From assembly GCA_037310415.1 (NCBI GenBank), contig CP147780.1, forward strand, positions 1,568,001 through 1,632,000: a DNA stretch of 64,000 nucleotides, read 5' to 3'. Shown here piece by piece: positions 57,385 through 64,000 of this stretch. The stretch is from Candidatus Atabeyarchaeum deiterrae. Its GTDB lineage: Archaea; Asgardarchaeota; Atabeyarchaeia; Atabeyarchaeales; Atabeyarchaeaceae. A program made the translations under genes and the position numbers. The notes beneath the pieces are model-generated. The model had not been told where the DNA came from. It saw only the letters and a list, made by a program, of their open reading frames with translations, and ran no database searches. Every line of letters starts with the position of its first letter. Position 1 is the first letter of the stretch.

Positions 57385-58413
57385 TCAAACCCTCTGCCTC
57401 ATCTTCCCGATAATCTTGGCCAACGCCTTCTTCGTATCGGCGGAGTCCTCTCCTCCTTCTTCTCTAATCCCACGACCGGTGTATTTGATGAACACATCAT
57501 CCAGGGAAGGGCTTCTAAGTGAGATCGACTCAACTTCAACGCCCGCTGACTCTATCTTATGAAGTATCAATGGAAGCGCTCTCTTGCCATCCGCGACAGC
57601 AATCTTCAAGGTCCGTTCATAGATGGACGACTCACTGCCAAGCTCTAAACTCTGGAGTCTGGACTTGACCTCGTCTCGTAGTGCCGCGCCTCCTCCTTCT
57701 ACCTTGAGAGTGACTTCCACAAGGTCCTTGCCAAAGTCGCTCTTCAGGTCGTCAGGTCTGCCCATGGTCATTATTCGACCTTTATCAATTATGGCGACTT
57801 TATTCATCTGTGCTTCTGCTTCCTCAAGATAGTGGGTCGTGGCAAGGATCGTCAGATCCCATTCTTTCTGTAATCTATGAATGAAATCCCATACGACAAG
57901 TCTGGTTTGTGGGTCGAGCCCCAAGGTTGGTTCATCCAAGAAAAGTACCTCAGGCGTAGGGAGCAAACCTCGTGAAATTTCGAGACGCCTCTTCATGCCT
58001 CCACTAAAATGAGCGACAAGATCATCTTTTCTCTTGTCAAGCTCAACGAGCTCCAGAACCTCGAGTATCCTTGATTTCATCTCGCTTTTAGCTAAGCCGT
58101 ACAAATTAGCGAAAAGCTCCAGATTCTCTGTTGCAGTCAACCGAATGTCAAGGGCTGATTCCTGCGGAACATATCCGATTTTCTTCCTGACCTCATCCGG
58201 ATGTTCTGCAACATCAAAGCCAGCAACGACAGCTTTTCCGCTCGTCGGTTTCAGGAGAGTGATCAGCATTTTTATCGTAGTGGTTTTTCCGGCTCCATTA
58301 GGTCCAAGCAACCCGAATATCTCGCCTTTCTCAACAGACAGGTTCACCTTGTCGACAGCAGTTAGCCCGTTGAACTTCTTTACGAGATCAAATGTCTCCA
58401 CCGTCTTCGACAT
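57385..58413 (-). CDS. ABC-2 exporter ATP-binding protein (DrrA-like)
   Basis: GPNGAGKTT, FSGGMKRRLE, FLDEPTLGLDP, TTHYLEEAE, PSLDDVF; start ATG 58413. Confidence 0.92.
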   Translation of the reverse strand: MSKTVETFDLVKKFNGLTAVDKVNLSVEKGEIFGLLGPNGAGKTTTIKMLITLLKPTSGKAVVAGFDVAEHPDEVRKKIGYVPQESALDIRLTATENLELFANLYGLAKSEMKSRILEVLELVELDKRKDDLVAHFSGGMKRRLEISRGLLPTPEVLFLDEPTLGLDPQTRLVVWDFIHRLQKEWDLTILATTHYLEEAEAQMNKVAIIDKGRIMTMGRPDDLKSDFGKDLVEVTLKVEGGGAALRDEVKSRLQSLELGSESSIYERTLKIAVADGKRALPLILHKIESAGVEVESISLRSPSLDDVFIKYTGRGIREEGGEDSADTKKALAKIIGKMRQRV

Positions 58414-58708
58414 TCTCTGACCAGCCTCCGCGCGAAGAAATACATCGAGGATCAAGACATTGAAAGAGAACTCTCGGGTGCGTCTTGAGAGTGATTCATG
58501 CAGATATGTTTGCCCTTTCCATAGCGTTCTTCTGATATTTACGCCTTTTCAATGTGGAAGTTCATGCAAACATCAAACACATCTAGCGACTAGCTGAAAG
58601 CCCGTGCGCTGAAAGCTGAGGGTCCATCTATCTCTGAAAGCTCCTATTCGCCAGACGGTTGCAGCAAAACTAGTGACTGGAATTTCCGTGGCAAGGGCAT
58701 AAATAAGA

Positions 58709-58746
58709 CAAAAAAGAAGAGGGAACCCAGAAAAGCTCTGGGTTCG
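58709..58746 (-). terminator. Hairpin plus T-tract downstream of the Hsp20 gene
   Basis: GAACCCAGA-N5-TCTGGGTTC stem; minus strand continues CCTCTTCTTTTTT. Confidence 0.6.
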
Positions 58747-58767
58747 CCGAATTAGGTTGTCTCTCTT

Positions 58768-59211
58768 CTATTCCACTGAAACCTTCTTCTCGTTCTCAGG
58801 GTTTTTCTTCTTGACAGTGACTCTGAGTACCCCGTTCTCAAGTTTTGCCCTAGCAGTGTCTGGGTCAACATCGACTGGCAGCGGGATTCTCTTCACCGAG
58901 CCGAAGAGAGGTCCAGTAAACGGCATCCACGGCATAGGTCCTTGGAACTCTTCTTCCTCACCTTCCGCAGACTCCTTGCTTTCAGAGGTTTCCTTTTCCT
59001 TGAAAGTCAGAATCAATGCGTCTGGTCCCACCGACAGATCAAAGTCGTCCTTAGAGTATCCGGGCAATGGTAGTGCGACCTTCAGGTTCTCAGCATCTTC
59101 TTCTATCCTAGCGCCGAACAACAAGTGTCCGAAGTTCCTGAACTGCGGAATATGCATGGGGCGAAATGGTCTTCTAAACCCGAACGGACCACCAAAGAAA
59201 TCTCTATTCAT
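58768..59211 (-). CDS. Hsp20/alpha-crystallin small heat shock protein
   Basis: LPGY.KDD, I.LP..VDP..A.AKLENGVL.V; GGAGGTGA RBS. Confidence 0.88.
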   Translation of the reverse strand: MNRDFFGGPFGFRRPFRPMHIPQFRNFGHLLFGARIEEDAENLKVALPLPGYSKDDFDLSVGPDALILTFKEKETSESKESAEGEEEEFQGPMPWMPFTGPLFGSVKRIPLPVDVDPDTARAKLENGVLRVTVKKKNPENEKKVSVE

Positions 59212-59308
59212 CTATGCCTTTCACCTCCATTCACGACTATTCTGACCTGATAACGTGGTGTGCAGTCTGCTCCACTACTGTAAGATTGAATCGAGCGAGT
59301 CCTATTCA

Positions 59309-60253
59309 TTACTCGACATCTACCTTTCTGTACTTCTTCTCTCTCTCCTTCAACTCAGTCATCTTGCTCTCAACCGTTTCGAGCTCAGCTTTCAACTGAT
59401 CTCTATAGAACTCCAATTCGTGAAGGCTATCTTCAGGCGAGAGAACTCTTATCGCCCCTCTTACCGCCTCAGATGCACCGCTCAGAGCCCTCTCGATAGC
59501 CCCTTCGATTCGCTTAACTGCCATATTGTCAAACGTAAGCCACACTGAGTGGTCAACCATACCCATGAAGCGATCGATCATCTTCTCCTCAAAATCCATC
59601 TTGCCAATAACGTTCTTCAGCGTCTCCATTCCTTTCTCTGTTAGCACGTAAACTTTCTTTGGAGGATACTCCACCTCACTCTTCTCTGATGGTCGTCCAA
59701 TTTCAGTCTCTTTTAGTCTGATTAGACCTTTCTCATCCAGTCTGGTGAGCGCTGGGTAGACTGTTCCTGGTTTTGGTGACCAAAGACCAGAGAACTTTTC
59801 AGAAAGCCTCTGGATAATATCATATCCGTGAGTGGACTCCTCATTCAGCAGCAGCAGAATCAAGAACTCAACAGGACTTGTCCTCTCAGTCCAAGCGCCT
59901 CTTCCAAAACCTCGACCAGCCCAAAACATCTCACCATCATCTCCTGATTTGTTAGCCTTCAATCTCTTAATACTTGGCGAAATACTGCGAGGAAAATGAC
60001 CATCCAGTTGAAAGTCGTCAGTTCTCCAGGTTCTTGTACTTCTATGAAGTTCTTGATGACAGTCTAGACAAAGTGTTATGAGTCTGCTATCATTCCTGCT
60101 TCCGTCTCGCCTCAAGTGATGCACATGGAGAGCCTTATTCTTACTTCCACATGATTGACAAGTGTGATTATCCCGTTCAAGTATTCGGTGTCTCGCTTTA
60201 TCCCAGACAGTCATGATCGAGCAATCTCCGTCGTTGATCCTTGATGACTGCAT
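59309..60253 (-). CDS. HNH endonuclease-like domain in frame with a PadR-family regulator (PadR part may start at ATG 59929)
   Basis: RD.HTCQSCG...LHVHH...LITLCLDCHQELH, then ILLLL.E...HGYDII, GTVYPAL.RL...GLI, KKVY.LTEKG and a C-terminal coiled coil. Confidence 0.82.
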   Translation of the reverse strand: MQSSRINDGDCSIMTVWDKARHRILERDNHTCQSCGSKNKALHVHHLRRDGSRNDSRLITLCLDCHQELHRSTRTWRTDDFQLDGHFPRSISPSIKRLKANKSGDDGEMFWAGRGFGRGAWTERTSPVEFLILLLLNEESTHGYDIIQRLSEKFSGLWSPKPGTVYPALTRLDEKGLIRLKETEIGRPSEKSEVEYPPKKVYVLTEKGMETLKNVIGKMDFEEKMIDRFMGMVDHSVWLTFDNMAVKRIEGAIERALSGASEAVRGAIRVLSPEDSLHELEFYRDQLKAELETVESKMTELKEREKKYRKVDVE

Positions 60254-60263
60254 GCATCTCTAC

Positions 60264-60286
60264 ATATATAGAGACCTATATATAAA
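60264..60286 (-). promoter_or_regulatory. TATA box overlapped by inverted repeat ATATATAG-N4-CTATATAT
   Basis: Minus-strand TTTATATATA lies about 24 nt upstream of ATG 60253; palindrome at 60264-60283. Confidence 0.5.
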
Positions 60287-60465
60287 GCTGACGATATCTA
60301 CGAATATCTCTAATGAGCTTGCTTCTGGAGCCAGAGAAAGCGGTGACTTGCTTCATTTGAACTAATCGATAGGGGTAACTTCGAGTTTCATCTGACGTTT
60401 CTATGCTCCTAAGAATACTGAGAGACTATGTTCAAGGTTCGACGTTCTATTTCAGTTCAGCTTGG

Positions 60466-60864
60466 TCACGTCAGATTCTTCACTTGGTGTGCGAGGATTC
60501 CTCTATATCTCGAAGCACATTTACGTTCTTCAGAGGAGGCTCTTTTTGCAGCCCACCCTAGAAGCGGAATGATTGATTTCCTGAGTTCCGTCCCGTCGCC
60601 AGTAAGTGAGTATTCTACACGGGGAGGTATCTCCGAAAAGGACTCTCTTCTGATTAGGCCTTCAGCTTGAAGTTCTTTCAACGTGTCAGATAGGGTTTTG
60701 GGACTGATGCCGCCCAACTCTTCCATGAGCCCATTAAACCTGAGTTTTCCATTATTGCCAATGGCGTTGACGATCAGGAGCGCCCATTTCTTGCCGATTA
60801 CATCTATGACGCCTTCAAGAGGGCAGAGGCATATATGATTACCATTTTCACACACAATGATCAC
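60466..60864 (-). CDS. HxlR (DUF24) family transcriptional regulator
   Basis: CP....DVIGKKW, LRFN.L, ISPKTLS..LKEL...GLI.R, EIPPRVEYSLT. Confidence 0.93.
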   Translation of the reverse strand: MIIVCENGNHICLCPLEGVIDVIGKKWALLIVNAIGNNGKLRFNGLMEELGGISPKTLSDTLKELQAEGLIRRESFSEIPPRVEYSLTGDGTELRKSIIPLLGWAAKRASSEERKCASRYRGILAHQVKNLT

Positions 60865-60960
60865 TTTCTCTATACATAGTGGCTACATTGCTATAAACTT
60901 AGTAGTATAAATACTTCACTCTTGATATTATTTGTTATGACGAATGGAGGCGAACCAAAA

Positions 60961-61146
60961 ATGTGTTGCCGTTGCGGTTGTGGACAACATCATAATGAGG
61001 AAGGACAAGAGAAAGAATGTGAACCAAGCCACACTAGGCGTTTCTTAACCAAAGCAGAGAAGGTCGAGAAACTGAAGGACTATGCAGAAGGGCTAAGGAA
61101 GGAGATTGCCGCAGTTGAAGAACACATTAGAGAACTAGAAACATAA
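60961..61146 (+). CDS. Small Cys/His-rich coiled-coil protein (DUF5320-like)
   Basis: MCCRCGCGQHH...RRFLTKAEKVEKLKDYAEGLRKEIAAVEEHIREL; GGAGG upstream of ATG 60961. Confidence 0.75.
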   Translation: MCCRCGCGQHHNEEGQEKECEPSHTRRFLTKAEKVEKLKDYAEGLRKEIAAVEEHIRELET

Positions 61147-61360
61147 AGTGACTGGAAGAGTGAATCTCTAGGAACCGCGTTTCCCCTTTTTTTGGATCGC
61201 GGAATCAGTCAAAAGCTGCACATTGGATGAAAGAGCCTGACTGAAGAAGGTACTCCCACAGGGATGACAACGAGTCCCAATAAGGAATCAGCACGCGCAG
61301 AAAGAGGGGAAGAAGCTGTAGATCACAGATTCTCTCTGAGAGCGAAATGAGGCTGGAACT

Positions 61361-62290
61361 ATGAATGCAGAAAGTGCCATTGAAGTCTCGAATCTCACAA
61401 AACGGTATGATGACCTTCTAGCAGTGAACCACATCAGCTTCAAGGTAACGAAGGGAGAGATCTTCGGCTTCCTAGGTCCAAATGGCGCCGGCAAGACAAC
61501 TACGATTCGAATGCTCACTGGCGTTATCAAGCCGGATAACGGCATGGCTTCGATCTTAGGTTATGACGTTCTGAAAGAGGGGCTCAAGAGTAGGCAGGTA
61601 ACGGGAGTCGTTCCAGAAATGGCGAATGCCTACATTGACATTTCAGCTTGGAAAAACCTGGTACTGATGGGAGAGTTGTATGGAGTACCCAGGAAGCAGA
61701 GGGAGAAGACCGCCTCCAAGCTTCTAAGAAAAGTTAGGCTATACGATCGAAGGAATAGCCTTGTTAGAGGATTCTCAAGAGGAATGAAGCAGAGGCTGCT
61801 ATTGTGCATGGCACTGGTCAGTGAGCCTCAAATTCTCTTCTTGGACGAACCCACGTCAGGTTTAGATGTTGAGAGCCAGCTACTGATAAAAGATATGATT
61901 CGTGAATTCAACGAAAGAGGAATAACAGTTTTCTTGACAACACATAACATGGAAGAAGCCAACCAGCTCTGCGATAGAATAGCGATCATTAATCACGGCA
62001 AGATCGTGGCGATTGATACCCCGGAGAAACTCCGCATGGAAAGTAGCGGATTAAACTCAGTCGAGGTTAGCTTCGAGAAGCAAGTGCGAACTGAAGAGTT
62101 GACTAAGATCGAAGGGATAAGAGAGGTCAAGAAGACCGGAGATAAGATGAGACTGTACACAGATCAGCCAAGCACAGTACTTGAGAGAATTGTTGATTTT
62201 GCACGCTCAAGGGGACTCAAAATAGTCACCCTCAACACTCTAGGTCCCACTTTGGAAGATGTATTCCTCAAGCTCGTGAAGGAAAGCTAA
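61361..62290 (+). CDS. ABC-2 exporter ATP-binding protein
   Basis: GPNGAGKTT, FSRGMKQR, FLDEPTSGLD, TTHNMEEA, PTLEDVF. Confidence 0.92.
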   Translation: MNAESAIEVSNLTKRYDDLLAVNHISFKVTKGEIFGFLGPNGAGKTTTIRMLTGVIKPDNGMASILGYDVLKEGLKSRQVTGVVPEMANAYIDISAWKNLVLMGELYGVPRKQREKTASKLLRKVRLYDRRNSLVRGFSRGMKQRLLLCMALVSEPQILFLDEPTSGLDVESQLLIKDMIREFNERGITVFLTTHNMEEANQLCDRIAIINHGKIVAIDTPEKLRMESSGLNSVEVSFEKQVRTEELTKIEGIREVKKTGDKMRLYTDQPSTVLERIVDFARSRGLKIVTLNTLGPTLEDVFLKLVKES

Positions 62291-62307
62291 GGGAGGACCG
62301 TGTTACG

Positions 62308-63063
62308 TTGGACAGGCATATTTATTGGGAGCAGTTCAAACGGTCTCTTGCCATCGTCAAGAAGAACATACGGATCTACTACTCTAAGGGACCCGTAATC
62401 ACTTTTGGTCTTCTCATACCCTTCTTTCTCTTCCTTTCATTCTATATCGGGCGAAACACAACTCTTGAAGCTCTCATTCCCGGATTGCTTGGAATAACTG
62501 TCTTCTTCACAGCTAGCTCAGTTGGACCCGCGATAGTCCCTTGGGAAGCGAGATCAAAGACTCTTGAGAGACTTGTATCCTGTCCCGTCTCAATCTGGAC
62601 GATCTTTGTCGGGGACATGCTTTCATCGTTCCTTTTCGGGGCGATTATCTCGGTATTTCCCGTGATCATCGGCTTGTCGCTAGGCGTGGAGATTGCAAGC
62701 CCGCTACTGCTTGGGCTTGGAATCACCGCGGGAGCATTCTGTTTTGCATCTCTAGGAGTACTCATGTCTGCGTATCCGCCAACAGATGTCCCAGCAACCA
62801 TAATGATGTTGTCTTCTCTGATCAAATTCCCGCTAGTTTTCATAAGTGGAATCTTCATTCCCATTCAAGAGCTGCCAGATTGGGGCAGGATACTCTCTTC
62901 ATTTTCTCCCTTAACATATTTCACTGATCTGGCGAGGAGCTCAATGCAGGGCTACAGCTACTATCCCTATTGGCTGGACATCGTTGCCGTGGCCGTATTC
63001 GCAATCGTCTTCCTGGTCTCAGCCGTGAAGCTTCATGAACGCACAATACAGAAACGGCTTTGA
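62308..63063 (+). CDS. ABC-2 exporter permease
   Basis: LIPGL, TLERL, FISGIFIP..ELP.W, SPLTYF.DL. Confidence 0.9.
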   Translation: MDRHIYWEQFKRSLAIVKKNIRIYYSKGPVITFGLLIPFFLFLSFYIGRNTTLEALIPGLLGITVFFTASSVGPAIVPWEARSKTLERLVSCPVSIWTIFVGDMLSSFLFGAIISVFPVIIGLSLGVEIASPLLLGLGITAGAFCFASLGVLMSAYPPTDVPATIMMLSSLIKFPLVFISGIFIPIQELPDWGRILSSFSPLTYFTDLARSSMQGYSYYPYWLDIVAVAVFAIVFLVSAVKLHERTIQKRL

Positions 63064-63120
63064 GACACACTTGCCCTGGCACATGTGCAGACACAGAAAA
63101 GCAAGATCATTCAATTTATA

Positions 63121-63996
63121 CTATTCTTTCTTCTCGACGCGTTTAAAAATAAGTGGTACAATAAAAGCCGCGGCATAGGTGATGATAGCGTATTTTGCAA
63201 ACTCTGTGAAGACATTCGCGCTTGACAACAACAACGAAAGACCCACATATACGACTCCGATTACGAGCAGTCCAATCAGGAGTCTCACAATTCTAGTTCC
63301 GTTATCTATCTTATCTGTTGAGAAGTCTACATATCTCGACTCAAACGCTAATCCAGTGGAAAAACCGAACAACCCACCACAGACGGTGGCGGGATCATCC
63401 CTAGTCGTGTCCGGAAAGACCAGGAGGGATACCGCAAACAAAACCAATGCTATCACAGGGACAACAAGCTGCCTCAACCTCTCCGAGTGCCTACCGAGAA
63501 ACTTCTCGATATGTGGATAAGAGGCGTAGGCTGTCAAAGTGAAAACCAGCCCGATTATGACGCCAGCTATTATGTCTCCAAGGTAGTGAACCCCAAGGTA
63601 CAATCTCGAGAAGCTAATCAGGAAAATCAGCAAAGGAGAAATTATGTACAGAGCTTTATGGCGGGTCTTGAGAGCTGCCCAAGCCCAGAATGTCGCTGCA
63701 CTCTGTGCGTGTCCGCTGGGGAAACCATGTGATATATCGTTCTTGTCAATGATCCTGTATGCAGGATCAGGTCGGCTCATGTTGAACAGCATCTTGAAGA
63801 AATAGTTGACGTAAAAGCCAAAGAGCATTAGGTAAGCAACTATGACGCCTGCTTTCTTATGCAAGCACCAATAGATGACGGCGATCAAACCAATGTAAAA
63901 GATGTCTTCGCCAAGCAATGTGAAAAAGATGAAGAGCCAGTCGAACGCTGGGGAGAGTGCTTGCTGTATTAGCGAAATCAGTCCAGGGTCAAACAA
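63121..63996 (-). CDS. PAP2 family membrane phosphatase
   Basis: K......RP, FPSGHAQ, SRLYLGVHY..D. Confidence 0.92.
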   Translation of the reverse strand: MFDPGLISLIQQALSPAFDWLFIFFTLLGEDIFYIGLIAVIYWCLHKKAGVIVAYLMLFGFYVNYFFKMLFNMSRPDPAYRIIDKNDISHGFPSGHAQSAATFWAWAALKTRHKALYIISPLLIFLISFSRLYLGVHYLGDIIAGVIIGLVFTLTAYASYPHIEKFLGRHSERLRQLVVPVIALVLFAVSLLVFPDTTRDDPATVCGGLFGFSTGLAFESRYVDFSTDKIDNGTRIVRLLIGLLVIGVVYVGLSLLLSSANVFTEFAKYAIITYAAAFIVPLIFKRVEKKE

Positions 63997-64000
63997 CCAA

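Noticed and set aside
59930-60253. HNH as a homing endonuclease of an intron or mobile element
   Set aside because: No flanking repeats, intron structure or integrase seen.
1-64000. CRISPR arrays, tRNA/rRNA genes, transposases, prophage genes
   Set aside because: No periodic repeats, cloverleaf or rRNA signatures, or mobile-element proteins were recognised by eye; a tRNA and Rfam scan would be needed to exclude small RNAs.

Overview
A gene-dense stretch of archaeal chromosome (GGAGGTGA/GGTGA ribosome-binding sites, BRE-TATA promoters, T-tract terminators). Roadblock/LC7 proteins, MglA-like small GTPases, longin-like domains, V4R paralogues and an ARM-repeat/RING protein together suggest an Asgard-type archaeon (inference). 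Housekeeping and metabolic content: a Liv-type ABC importer, H4MPT-linked genes (DUF447, RFAP synthase, DUF1464, NAD(P)-type methylene-H4MPT dehydrogenase), NfnAB, TupABC, two Zn-ADH paralogues, an acyl-CoA ligase, a GH4 glycosidase, two MFS transporters, a Clp1 kinase, a DUF1998 helicase, a secreted S8 protease, a B12 radical SAM enzyme, two ABC-2 exporters, Hsp20 and PAP2. The best candidate for an undescribed system is a divergent signalling cluster at 20.5-27.3 kb. Its minus arm encodes a KaiC-like ATPase and roadblock-GTPase-roadblock; its plus arm encodes a longin protein, four tandem V4R (Bet3/TRAPP-related fold) proteins and a degenerate KaiC-like ATPase. Nearby are two unusual multidomain proteins: an MglA-like GTPase fused to a longin/uDENN-like domain and an apparently inactive CHAT (caspase-like) domain, and an ARM-repeat/winged-helix/Zn-ribbon/RING protein. 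Also noted: an HNH-PadR in-frame fusion, a TraB-like/Mtd fusion, a frameshifted HDAC, two genes missing from the ORF track, and several palindromic operator candidates. No rRNA, tRNA, CRISPR array or IS element was recognised. All family calls come from motif recognition by eye, not database searches.
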